Part shown: positions 52,932-62,029 of the stretch, piece by piece
Layout of the letters: each line of letters starts with the position of its first letter
How positions within the stretch are numbered: position 1 is the stretch's first letter
DNA from: an uncultured Actinomycetes bacterium
Lineage (GTDB): Bacteria; Actinomycetota; Thermoleophilia; Gaiellales; JAICJC01
Assembly: GCA_963825325.1 (NCBI GenBank)
Contig: CAWGSU010000004.1
Coordinates: 1,152,334 to 1,216,333 of the forward strand
DNA length: 64,000 nt
Direction: 5' to 3'
Notes under the pieces: generated by a model
The model's database searches: none
What the model saw: the letters and a program-made list of their open reading frames with translations, nothing else
What the model was told of the DNA's origin: nothing
Position numbers and translations under genes: made by a program

Positions 52932-53021
52932 CGGAGAGGGAGGGATTCGAACCCTCGCTGGAGGTTTACCCCCCAGACCCACTTAGCAGGCGGGCGCCTT
53001 CAGCCACTCGGCCACCTCTCC
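52932..53021 (-). tRNA. tRNA-Ser (anticodon GCT)
   Basis: The reverse complement has the acceptor GGAGAGG/CCTCTCC and the D arm GCC..GGC. The anticodon loop is CTGCTAA. It has a long variable arm and the T arm GAGGGTTCGAATCCCTC. Confidence 0.9.
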
Positions 53022-53079
53022 CGGGTGCGAGGTCGGGTGCACGGACGCGCACCCACCTCGCTCAGTACGATACCGCCTC

Positions 53080-54153
53080 ATGTGGCGGCGCGTGCTCGTC
53101 GTGTGGTCGGCCAGTCGCGTCGCGGTCTTGAGCCTGGGGTATCTGCTCACGGCCGAGCTCGGGTGGCACCGCGCGCTGCAGCCGTGGCAGACGACGTGGG
53201 TGCGGGCGGTCACCGGCTGGGACTCCGTCTTCTACATCCGCATCTCGCACGTCGGCTACCGGCACGGCAAGGTCGAGGCGTTCTTCCCGCTCTACCCGCT
53301 GGCGATCCGGGCCGTGCGCGAGACGGCGATGGTCGGCGATGCCGTCGCGGCGCTGGTCGTTGCGAACCTGGCGGTGCTGGCGGCGCTCCTCGGCCTCTAC
53401 GTGCTCGCGCGCGACCGCCTGTCCGAGGAACACGCTCGCCGGAGCATTCTCTACCTGGTGCTCTCGCCGTACGCGTTCGCCCTGGCGATGGCCTACAGCG
53501 AGGGCCCGTTTCTGGCTGCGACCGTGTGGATGTTCGTGCTCTCCGACCGCGAGCGCGATCTGGCCGCCGTCCCGCTCGGCTTCGCGGCAGGGCTCACGCG
53601 CGTGACCGGCCTCGCCCTGGTGCCGCCGCTCGTGCTGCGCGCGTGGCGGCGGCGGACGGTGTCGGCGTGGCTTTTGGCCGCGTCCCCCGTGGCCGCGTTC
53701 TGCGCACAGGCCGCCTGGCTGCAGCACGCGGTGGGCGACCCGCTCGGCATGGTGCACGTGCAGGCGCAGTGGGGTGGCCATCCGGCGTTCCCCCTGATCA
53801 GCCTGGGAGACCAGTTCTGGCGCTTCGCCACCACCCGCGACGTGTTCTTCCTCGCCCGCGGGCTGACCGTCATCGTCTACCTCGCCCTGCTCGTCCCGCT
53901 GATCCGGCGCGAGCGCTTCCGCGCCAACCGCGCCGAGGACGTGCTGTTCGTCTGCGGCGTGTTCGCGATGCCGCTGCTCTCGTCGGTGCTGCAGTCGGTC
54001 GGCCGGTTCGGCCTGGTCGCGTTCCCGCTCGTGTTCGTGATGGCCGACATCGGCCTGCGGCGCGAGTCGTGGCACCGCGCCTACGTGGTGTTCGCGCCGA
54101 CCGCCCAGATCATCTTCTTCACGTCGGTTGCGCTCGGCTACCGGCCGCCGTGA
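53080..54153 (+). CDS. Integral-membrane GT-C-type glycosyl/mannosyltransferase-like protein (PIG-V-like)
   Basis: The sequence includes GWDSVFYIRISHVGY..EAFFPLYPLAIR, followed by about 9 TM segments. The family call is from memory. Confidence 0.6.
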   Translation: MWRRVLVVWSASRVAVLSLGYLLTAELGWHRALQPWQTTWVRAVTGWDSVFYIRISHVGYRHGKVEAFFPLYPLAIRAVRETAMVGDAVAALVVANLAVLAALLGLYVLARDRLSEEHARRSILYLVLSPYAFALAMAYSEGPFLAATVWMFVLSDRERDLAAVPLGFAAGLTRVTGLALVPPLVLRAWRRRTVSAWLLAASPVAAFCAQAAWLQHAVGDPLGMVHVQAQWGGHPAFPLISLGDQFWRFATTRDVFFLARGLTVIVYLALLVPLIRRERFRANRAEDVLFVCGVFAMPLLSSVLQSVGRFGLVAFPLVFVMADIGLRRESWHRAYVVFAPTAQIIFFTSVALGYRPP

Positions 54154-54162
54154 CCGGCCGCC

Positions 54163-56109
54163 TCAGCGCCGTTCCGTGAACGTCATCTGCCCGATCAGGA
54201 CCCCGTCCGGGTTTGACTTGGGGTAGGCGAACAGGAAGAACGTGTAGGTGGCGCCGCGGACGAGCCGGTGGGTGCGGCCGTGATCGCGCCACGACGACGA
54301 CAGGTTCCAGAATGTCCTGGGGGTGTACCTGGTCATGATCGAGTCGCCGCTGCGCTGGAGCACGAATGCGTAGCCCGCCTGGGTGGAGTGCGCGAGCCAG
54401 GTGAACCGCGGCGTCAGGTTGCGGATGCGAGCGCCGTTCTGGGGCGTGCAGATCTCGCCGGTGCGCAGCTTGAAGCGCACGCCCGCGGAGTAGTTGATCT
54501 GCGATGGGCGCGTCTTCGAGTGGTAGGTGGCGAACACGCGGTAGTAGTAGGTGGTGAAGTGCTTGAGGCCCGAGTTGGTCGCGACGCCGCTCGACCGCCG
54601 GACGGGGGTCCCGTCGGCGGCGTTCGCCGGGAAGTGCAGGCGGTTTCGCACGATCCGCACGCCGGCGAAGCGGGTCGCGGTCGGCGACACCCATGTGAAC
54701 CTGGCGCTGCTGCAGCCGACCGAGGCGTGCACCGCCTTCGCGTTCTTCGGGAAGATGCCCTTCCCGCTCAGCGTCACCTCGTGGCTGTGCGGCGCGATCG
54801 GGCCGGTGTCGTTCACCTGCAGGAACGCTGTGCGGTTTCCCGCCGCCGTCGGCGCGAACTCGACGTGAATCGTGCAGGTCGCGTTCGGCGCGAGCGTCTG
54901 GCCGGAGCAGGTGTCGGCGCTGCGGATGAAGCTCTTGAAGTTGGCGCCGTTGAGGGTGACCGTCGAGATCGGCAGGTTGCTGTTGGTCGTGTTGGTGATC
55001 GTGACGTTGTGGACGGGCGACGGCAGGCCGGCGATCACGGGGTTCGCGAACGTGACGCTCGCGGGAGTGAAGCCGACCGACGACGGCGTGCCGGTGCCGG
55101 AGAGGCTGACCGTCTGGGTGGGGTTGTTCGGGTCGCTGTCGTGCACCGTGACCGTCTCCGAGCGGGCGCCGGTCGCGGTCGGGACGAACGCCGCCGTGAT
55201 CGTGCACTGGGCATTCGGCTGCAGGACGGCGCCCTGGCAGCCGGTGTCGGATACGGCGAAGTCGCCGGTATTGGCGCCGCTGAAGCTGATGGTGCCGTAG
55301 GTGAGCGGGGCGGTGCCCGTGTTCTGGAGGGTGATGTTGCGCGTGCCCGAGTTCGTCGCCACCGGCTGGCTGCCGAACGCGATGCTGCTCGGGCTGACGT
55401 TGGCGTTCGCCTGGGTGCCGGTGCCCGACAGCGCCACCGACTGGCCGCCGGCGTTCAGCGTGGCGTGCTCGCCGCCGGTGCCGCTGGGCGAGAAGTTGAC
55501 GTTGAACGTGCACGTCCCGCCGCCGCCGATGCTCCCACCGCAGGTGTTCGAGCTGATTCCGAAGTCGGCCGCGTTGGCGCCCGTGATGCCCGGCCCGGTC
55601 GGGTTCGCGGTGTAGTCGGTGTTGTTCGTGACCGTCATGCTCTGTTCGGCCGAGGTCTGGCCGACCACGATGGAGCCGAAGTCCGCCGGCGTGGTCAGCG
55701 AGAACTGGTTGGCGACACCTTGCCCGTGGAGATCGAGAACCTGCGGAGATCCGGGATCGTCGTCCGAGATCGTCAGCGTGCCGTCGTCCGACCCGACCGA
55801 CTGCGGCGTGAACGCGACATCGACCGTGCAGGTGTCGTTCTGATTGAGGGAGGCACCGGTGCAGTTGTCGTTCGACGTGGCGTAGTCATTGCTGGGATTC
55901 ACACCGCTGATGTTGACGGCGCTCGAGCCGGTGTTGGTGAGCGTCACGGTCTGCGACGGCGTCGTGATTCCCAGCGCCTCGGTGTTGAACGGAACGGGGT
56001 CTGGGGCCGCCGACAGCGGCCCGTTCGTGATGGCGAGCGCGCCCGACCCGCCGGACAGGGCGGCGACGAGAGTCGCGAGAGCGATCAGAGCGATGCCGGC
56101 ACGGCGCAT
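54163..56109 (-). CDS. Secreted repeat protein: four HYDIN/ASH-like (choice-of-anchor-D-like) Ig-fold repeats plus an FN3-like domain and a C-terminal domain
   Basis: It has a signal peptide. Four repeats of about 95 aa each carry ..TxTNTG......DF......C......C.....F.P...G.......SG.G. Confidence 0.75.
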   Translation of the reverse strand: MRRAGIALIALATLVAALSGGSGALAITNGPLSAAPDPVPFNTEALGITTPSQTVTLTNTGSSAVNISGVNPSNDYATSNDNCTGASLNQNDTCTVDVAFTPQSVGSDDGTLTISDDDPGSPQVLDLHGQGVANQFSLTTPADFGSIVVGQTSAEQSMTVTNNTDYTANPTGPGITGANAADFGISSNTCGGSIGGGGTCTFNVNFSPSGTGGEHATLNAGGQSVALSGTGTQANANVSPSSIAFGSQPVATNSGTRNITLQNTGTAPLTYGTISFSGANTGDFAVSDTGCQGAVLQPNAQCTITAAFVPTATGARSETVTVHDSDPNNPTQTVSLSGTGTPSSVGFTPASVTFANPVIAGLPSPVHNVTITNTTNSNLPISTVTLNGANFKSFIRSADTCSGQTLAPNATCTIHVEFAPTAAGNRTAFLQVNDTGPIAPHSHEVTLSGKGIFPKNAKAVHASVGCSSARFTWVSPTATRFAGVRIVRNRLHFPANAADGTPVRRSSGVATNSGLKHFTTYYYRVFATYHSKTRPSQINYSAGVRFKLRTGEICTPQNGARIRNLTPRFTWLAHSTQAGYAFVLQRSGDSIMTRYTPRTFWNLSSSWRDHGRTHRLVRGATYTFFLFAYPKSNPDGVLIGQMTFTERR

Positions 56110-56125
56110 GGGTGGGCCCTTCGGA

Positions 56126-57241
56126 TCAGAGGTTGAGCAGGACGAGCACGATCGCGGCGCAGCTGCCGAACACGAGCAGCGCCGGGATCACGAGTGCGGC
56201 CGGGGCAACACCGGTCATCGCCAGCCGCGGCGCGGCCTCGCGGGCGGCGGGCATGTAGGCCGACGTGTGCGTGCGCCGGCGGGCGAGCAGTGTCGCCGCC
56301 GCGGTCGCGAGCAGCATCAGGAGGCCGACGACGGCCACCATCCGCGTGAGCATCGATGTGAGCCCGCCGCCCGACGACGAGCTCGTATGGGTCTGCGGCG
56401 CCCGCGTCGTGTGCACGTGCGGGGCCGGCTTGGCGGCGCTCGCGTCGCTGTTGCCGGTCGAGGCGTTCCCCGCGGCGTCGACGGTGTAGACCTGGTAGCA
56501 GTACTTGACGCCGGGCTTCGCCGTCGCGTCGACCTGCGACGTGCGCACCGCGGTGCCGCCGATCGCGGTGCCGTCGGCACGGCCGGTCGGGCATTTGGGA
56601 AAGACGCCGCGGCGAACCAGGATGAACGCGACGCCCGCGCGCACCGGGTTCCTCCATGACAGCACGAGCTGGCCGTGGGAATTGACCGTCGGGGTGAGGC
56701 CGGTCACCGGGCCGGGTGCGGTCGTGTCGCCGTGGTTCGTGATCAGGCCGGTGCGCGCGTACCGCGAGACGTTCCCGCTGCCGTCGACGGCGAACACGGC
56801 GTAGCAGTACGCCGAGCGGTTCACCGCTTTGCGGTCGACCTGGCTGCGGCGCAGCGTCGTTCCGCCGACGGGGATGCCGGTCTGCGGCGAGGTGGGGCAC
56901 GTCTGCCAGCCGCGCCGCACCACGATGTGCGCGAGGTCGGACGCACCCGGGTTCGACCATGTGAGCGTGATCTGGCCCGGCACCTTGGTGTTGGCGTGCA
57001 GGTGCCCGACCGGGCCCGGAGCCTGGGTGTCGGCCGCCGGCGGAGGGGTCGGCGTGGACTGGGGCGTGCTCGCCGGCGGCGGCGTGCTGCCACCACCACC
57101 GCCGCCCGAAGGCGGTGGCGGAGGCGGCGACGGGGTCGTTGCGTACGCCGCCGTCGCGCCGATGCTCATGAGCGCCGCCGCTGCGCATGCAGCCGCGAGC
57201 ACACGTCGCCCACTGCTTGTTCTCGATCTCCCCACGTCCAC
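56126..57241 (-). CDS. Surface protein with a Pro/Gly-rich linker, two FN3-like domains and two C-terminal TM helices
   Basis: It has a signal peptide and a PPPPPPSGGGGGGSTPPP linker. Two copies of APGPV..L.......L.W.NP......VRRG...CPT...DG..IGGT..R.SQVD...K....YCY.V..VD..GN.S are present. Confidence 0.7.
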   Translation of the reverse strand: MDVGRSRTSSGRRVLAAACAAAALMSIGATAAYATTPSPPPPPPSGGGGGGSTPPPASTPQSTPTPPPAADTQAPGPVGHLHANTKVPGQITLTWSNPGASDLAHIVVRRGWQTCPTSPQTGIPVGGTTLRRSQVDRKAVNRSAYCYAVFAVDGSGNVSRYARTGLITNHGDTTAPGPVTGLTPTVNSHGQLVLSWRNPVRAGVAFILVRRGVFPKCPTGRADGTAIGGTAVRTSQVDATAKPGVKYCYQVYTVDAAGNASTGNSDASAAKPAPHVHTTRAPQTHTSSSSGGGLTSMLTRMVAVVGLLMLLATAAATLLARRRTHTSAYMPAAREAAPRLAMTGVAPAALVIPALLVFGSCAAIVLVLLNL

Positions 57242-57572
57242 CTTCAGCCGGAGATGTCAATCACTTCCAGCGTACCGCAGCTCGAAAACACGTCAAGCTG
57301 CGCCTCCACCCCCTGACATCGACTGGAAGCACACTCCAGTCGGGCGCGATCATATCGCGGTCGGCAGCGGTGCGCGAGTGACCTGCGCGACGCTGGGCCG
57401 AGGCGTCACGGATACCCGCGCGGCGGTCGCCGGCCGGGGTGCCTGCAAATACAGGGAATTGGAAGGCATCCGCGCGAACGCCGTCTCATATCTCGTAAAC
57501 CTGATCGCCGTGGCCGCCACCGGTGCCGGTGTGCAATTCATCGCATTTTGCGGCAAGTGCTAGCCTAGGCCG

Positions 57573-59024
57573 ATGGTGGGCGACGTGGCGGTCACCCCGC
57601 TTCGATTCACGGGCGAGTTTCTGACCGCGCTTGCGGCGGCCGACGATCAGCGCGCGATTGCAGACGTGCTCGCCGGGGAGCTGTACGAGCGCCTGCGGCT
57701 CGACGGCGTGCTGGTGCACGAGCACCTGGCCGGCCGCAACCACACGTGGGCGCAGCGCGGCGTGATGAAGCCTCCCGTGGCGCCGCGCATCGCCGCGGTG
57801 CGCAGCGGCGAGCACTTCGCCGGCGGGTTCGGCTATTCGGCTCCGGGGTCGCCGCGGTGGGTCGTTGTGTGCGCGCGCCGCGATCCGGCCACCGAAGACG
57901 AGGTGTTGTTCTTGGCCACGGCGTGCGACACCGCGCTCGTCGCCGCCGCACAGGCCGGGCGCGTGACCGAGGAGCGCACCGCCGCCCGCACCGGCAGGGC
58001 ACTCGTCGAGCTCGGCCAGGCGCTGTCGCTCGAGCACGGCGAGGAGCGGGTGCTGCATCTGCTCACGCTCGCCGTCGCCCGCCTTGTGCCGCAGGACGGC
58101 GTGTCGGCCTGGCGTTCGAACGGAGACGGGTTCATCCTCGCCTCGGCCCACGGCTTCGCCGCCCGCAGGCGGCCGCCGTTCGGCACGCGGGTTCCGTCCG
58201 GCGCCCTGCCGGCCGACCTGATCGCGTCGCGGCGGCTGCGCGTGCTCCGGCGCGAGGACGCACCGGCGCTCGTGCGGGGGCCGCTCGCGGGCATCGTGCC
58301 GATCGGCGAGCGCGAGGGCAACCACGCGCTGCTCGTGGTCGAGCGCGAGGCCGCCCCGGACGCCGCCGAGGAGGCGCTGCTCCTGGGGGTGGCCGACCAG
58401 GCCCTGCTCGCGCTCGCAAACGAGCGGCTCCTGTCGGCCCAGCGCGAGGCGCTGTCGGGCATCGTCGCCTGCCTCGGCCGCGCGCTTGCGCTGCGCCACC
58501 GGGCGACGGCGGAGCACTCCGACCGGCTCACCTCGGACTGCACCGAGGTCGGCCGGGCGCTCGGCGTCCGCGACGAGGATCTGCGCGACCTCGCCTTTGC
58601 GGCCGCGCTGCACGACCTGGGCAAGATCGGCGTGCCCGAGCGCGTGCTCGGAAACCGGGGGCCGCTCGACTCCGAGGGCTGGCGCCTGATCCACGCCCAT
58701 CCCGCGCTCGGCGCCGAGATCATCGAGCCGGTGGGAGCGCTCGCGGGCGCGGCCGCCCTCATCCGCGCCTGTCACGAGCACTGGGACGGGACCGGCTATC
58801 CGCTCGGGCTGGCCGGCGAGGCGATCCCGCTCGGCGCGCGCATCATCCTGGCCTGCGATGCCTACCACGCCATGTGCGAGGAGCGCAGCTACCAGGCCGC
58901 GATGACCCCCGATGCCGCGCGCGAGCGCCTGCGCGAGCTGGCCGGCGTGGACTTCGACCCGCGGGTGGTCGACGCGCTGCTCGCGCACCTCACGCACGCC
59001 GACCGTGCCTCCGTGCCGGTGTGA
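57573..59024 (+). CDS. GAF-like + HD-GYP domain protein (c-di-GMP phosphodiesterase type)
   Basis: Motifs seen are HSDRL, AAALHDLGKIGVPE, HEHWDGTGYPLGL and ACDAYHAM. Confidence 0.85.
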   Translation: MVGDVAVTPLRFTGEFLTALAAADDQRAIADVLAGELYERLRLDGVLVHEHLAGRNHTWAQRGVMKPPVAPRIAAVRSGEHFAGGFGYSAPGSPRWVVVCARRDPATEDEVLFLATACDTALVAAAQAGRVTEERTAARTGRALVELGQALSLEHGEERVLHLLTLAVARLVPQDGVSAWRSNGDGFILASAHGFAARRRPPFGTRVPSGALPADLIASRRLRVLRREDAPALVRGPLAGIVPIGEREGNHALLVVEREAAPDAAEEALLLGVADQALLALANERLLSAQREALSGIVACLGRALALRHRATAEHSDRLTSDCTEVGRALGVRDEDLRDLAFAAALHDLGKIGVPERVLGNRGPLDSEGWRLIHAHPALGAEIIEPVGALAGAAALIRACHEHWDGTGYPLGLAGEAIPLGARIILACDAYHAMCEERSYQAAMTPDAARERLRELAGVDFDPRVVDALLAHLTHADRASVPV

Positions 59025-59106
59025 CATAAACACATTGCTTTACGTGTTATCGAACGTCCGTCGTGCTCGTAACGCAAACTCAACCTTGTTGTGACAGCAT
59101 GGCCGC

Positions 59107-59400
59107 GTGTTGGCCGTATCGAGATACCGCCTGACCGCGACCGCCTACCTTCCGGGCGCGGCGGCCGTGGGCGTCGAGAGCCGCATCCGCGCCATGGTCG
59201 AGAATCGAGTCCCGGACTCGGATCCCGAGGTGCGCGTGGCGCTCACGGATCAGGTCACGGTGGAGTTCACCGTCGTCGCGGCCAGCGCCACCGAGGCGCG
59301 CGCCGACGGGCGCGAGGTTGCGCTCGAGGTGCTCCAGGGCGCCTCGCCGCTCGCGCTCGACGCGGTCGAGCTGCTCTCACCGCCGCGCATCCCGGCCTAG
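59107..59400 (+). CDS. Hypothetical small protein (97 aa)
   Basis: The codon bias is plausible. No motif was recognised. Confidence 0.35.
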   Translation: MLAVSRYRLTATAYLPGAAAVGVESRIRAMVENRVPDSDPEVRVALTDQVTVEFTVVAASATEARADGREVALEVLQGASPLALDAVELLSPPRIPA

Positions 59401-59454
59401 CGCCTCACGTGCAGCTTTACGCGTTCCGGTGGTGACGTCACCGGACGGGGCGGA

Positions 59455-60315
59455 TCAGGGTGTCTCGCCGCCCTCGCCCTGGCGGCGCAGGTAGCGCTCG
59501 ATCTCGCGGGCGAGCTCGTCGCCCGAGGGGAGGGGCTCGTCGCCCATATCGCCCGCTGCCGACTCGAGCCGCGACACGGTCTCGCGCAGCATCGCGTCAC
59601 CGGCGACCGCCGCGTCGTAGCGGGCGTGTTGCTGGCGCTCCTCGTCGAGGAGCTCCTCGACGGCGATGGGCGTGTCCAGGTGGCGCGCGAGGCGGTCGAT
59701 CAGGGCGATGCTCGCGGCGGCGTAGCCGATGCTCGCGTAGGGCGGCACCTGGGCATAGAAGCCAACCGCGGGCGTGCCCGCCCCGGTCACGGCCATCTCG
59801 AGCACCGAGAGCGCCGCCGACGGGACGCGCAGCAGGCCCTCCGGCCCCGGCGTCTCGCTGGGCGCGAGCAGGCCGTCGCGCGAGGCCGTCACCATGACGG
59901 GCACCGGCCGCGTGTGCGCCACCGCCCCGGGCACGGCGCCGAGGCTGACCCACTGCGAGACGCCGAGCCGGGCGACCAGGTCAACGGCGTCGGCGGCGAG
60001 CTCCTGCCAGCGCAGGTCGGGCTCGGCCCCGGCGAAGATCAGGAGGTCGCGTGGGCCCACGCGCGTGTGGTGGATCTCGAGCGCGGGCCAGCTGAGCTCG
60101 GTGAGCCGCCCGTCCTGGACGTCGAGCACCGGCCTGCGCGAGCGGTAGTCGAAGACGGCGTCGGGATCGAAGGTCGCGACGACGCGGCCCTCGCCGGCGA
60201 CGTGGCCCACGGCCCGCGATGCGGCTTCGGCGGCGTCGACCCAGCCGTCGAACGAGGCGACCAGCACGGCGTCGTGCATCTGCGGCAGGTCGGCGGCGAG
60301 TTGGTAGAGCGGCAC
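59455..60315 (-). CDS. PAC2 (proteasome assembly chaperone 2-like) family protein
   Basis: The sequence reads LVASFDGWVDAAEAAS..DYRSRRPVL..LIFAGAEPDLRW, followed by an acidic C-terminal tail. Confidence 0.8.
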   Translation of the reverse strand: MPLYQLAADLPQMHDAVLVASFDGWVDAAEAASRAVGHVAGEGRVVATFDPDAVFDYRSRRPVLDVQDGRLTELSWPALEIHHTRVGPRDLLIFAGAEPDLRWQELAADAVDLVARLGVSQWVSLGAVPGAVAHTRPVPVMVTASRDGLLAPSETPGPEGLLRVPSAALSVLEMAVTGAGTPAVGFYAQVPPYASIGYAAASIALIDRLARHLDTPIAVEELLDEERQQHARYDAAVAGDAMLRETVSRLESAAGDMGDEPLPSGDELAREIERYLRRQGEGGETP

Positions 60316-60364
60316 ACGCGCAGGATACGGGGTCTGACCGGCTCCGGCGGGTGACGGCGGGCGA

Positions 60365-60994
60365 TCAGCCCGGAAAGATGCGCTCGCCCGCCCGAACCGG
60401 CACGGCCAGCCGGCTGCCTGGTGGCGCCAGTGGGCACGTCCAGGCCGGGTTGTAGGCGCATGACGGGTTGTAGGCGAAGTTGAAGTCGAGCACGAGACGG
60501 CCGTCGTCGTGGCCGAGGTCGGCGCCCTTGACCGTGTCGAGCAGATAGCGGCCGGCGCCGTAGGTCGACTGCCCGCTGGTCGCGTCGGCGAACGGCAGGA
60601 AGAGGCCGCCGCCGTAGCCCTCGAGCCAGTAGAGCGGCAGCTCGAGGTCGTCCCCGGCGAGCGTGAACCGGGCCGCGGCGAACCGGCGGAACCGGTACGG
60701 CGGGCCGGTGCTCGTCTGGATGTCGAGCATCCGCGGCGCGGCGGGCACGACGTCGGCCGTCACGCGCGCGTCGGGATCATAGGCGTGGTGGGCGAGGCCG
60801 CCGAAGCCGGCCCGCTGCTCGGGCAGGAGCGGCGACTGCGGGTGGTCGGAGAAGAGCCGGTCGCGTGTGCGCCGCCACATCTTCCACGCCGCTGCCGGGT
60901 CGGCGCTCGCGCGCACGCCGGCATAGAGCGCGAACACCTCGTGCCTCCAGTCGAGCAATGCGAGCTCGTCGATGGTCGCCACACCCGCCGTCAT
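60365..60994 (-). CDS. DUF1684-family protein
   Basis: The C-terminal part reads LVLDFNFAYNPSCAYNPAWTCPLAPPGSRLAVPVRAGE. Confidence 0.8.
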   Translation of the reverse strand: MTAGVATIDELALLDWRHEVFALYAGVRASADPAAAWKMWRRTRDRLFSDHPQSPLLPEQRAGFGGLAHHAYDPDARVTADVVPAAPRMLDIQTSTGPPYRFRRFAAARFTLAGDDLELPLYWLEGYGGGLFLPFADATSGQSTYGAGRYLLDTVKGADLGHDDGRLVLDFNFAYNPSCAYNPAWTCPLAPPGSRLAVPVRAGERIFPG

Positions 60995-61152
60995 CCTCCA
61001 CCGCTACGGAGAAACGGCGCAATCGGATTTCCGGCCGGGTGTAAGGCTTGAAGTTCCGATTGGCACAAGTCGAGTCAAATCGGTGTACGATACTGGCCGA
61101 GCTGGTCAGGGTTCCCAGCCTGGGCAACCGAACCCGCCACAAAGGAGACGAA

Positions 61153-61974
61153 GTGCACATACGACGACTTGTCGTACCCCTGCTTGCGGTCGCGGCGCTC
61201 TTGGGCCTTGCGACAGCGAGCGCAAGCGCGAACACGGTGCCGCGGTCCGTGCTCTACACGAGCACCCAGCCGGGAGCGCCGAACCTCCCCAGCCTGGGCG
61301 TCGAGGCATACGGCTTCAACCAGATCGGCGACGAGGTGCTCCTGCGCCGTGTCGCCAAGATCAAGTCGGTCACGGTGACCATGAGCGACTGGGCGTGCCA
61401 GTCCGGCGGCTGGAACACCGGTGACTGCGTGACGACGCCGGGAGCGACGTTCCCGACGCCGATCACGCTGAACATCTACAAGGCGAGCACGACCGACTCC
61501 ATTTCCGGGGAGACGACTCCCGGCGGCCTGCTGCTCACCGTGACAAAGACGTTCGCGGTCCCCTACCGGCCGTCCGCGAGCACGCACTGCACCGGCGCTT
61601 CGGTGGGCGAGTGGTTCAAGAACGGCCATGGCTGCTTCAACGGCCTCGCGCACAACGTCACCTTCACGCTGTCTGGGCTCAAGACCAAGCTGCCCACGGA
61701 CGTTGTGTGGGGCGTGTCGTACAACTCCGACAACAGCGGGCCTGACCCGCTGCACGGCTCGAACTCGCCGCAGGACTCGCTGAACGTCGGGCTCGCACCG
61801 AAGGTGCGCGTCGGCCATCAGCGCTTCCCGAGCGGGCTCTTCTGGGACACGCGGTATGCCCCGAATAGCTGCGGGACCCCGTTCGTCCCCGGCGACTTCA
61901 ACCTGGACGCCGCGGGCGGCAGCTGCTGGACCGGGTACGTCCCGGCCGTGCAGTTCAACGCCGTCACCAGCTAG
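61153..61974 (+). CDS. Secreted hypothetical protein
   Basis: GTG 61153 follows AAAGGAGA. The signal peptide is VHIRRLVVPLLAVAALLGLATASASA. Six Cys residues are present. Confidence 0.6.
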   Translation: MHIRRLVVPLLAVAALLGLATASASANTVPRSVLYTSTQPGAPNLPSLGVEAYGFNQIGDEVLLRRVAKIKSVTVTMSDWACQSGGWNTGDCVTTPGATFPTPITLNIYKASTTDSISGETTPGGLLLTVTKTFAVPYRPSASTHCTGASVGEWFKNGHGCFNGLAHNVTFTLSGLKTKLPTDVVWGVSYNSDNSGPDPLHGSNSPQDSLNVGLAPKVRVGHQRFPSGLFWDTRYAPNSCGTPFVPGDFNLDAAGGSCWTGYVPAVQFNAVTS

Positions 61975-62029
61975 CCACGCAGATCGTGCGGCCCTCCGTC
62001 CCTCCATGTGAGGGGCGGGGGGCCGGCGG

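Noticed and set aside
57242-57572. A c-di-GMP (GEMM) riboswitch upstream of the surface-protein operon, next to the HD-GYP gene.
   Set aside because: I could not find the conserved GEMM-I/II core sequences on either strand. I keep the region only as an unexplained structured region.
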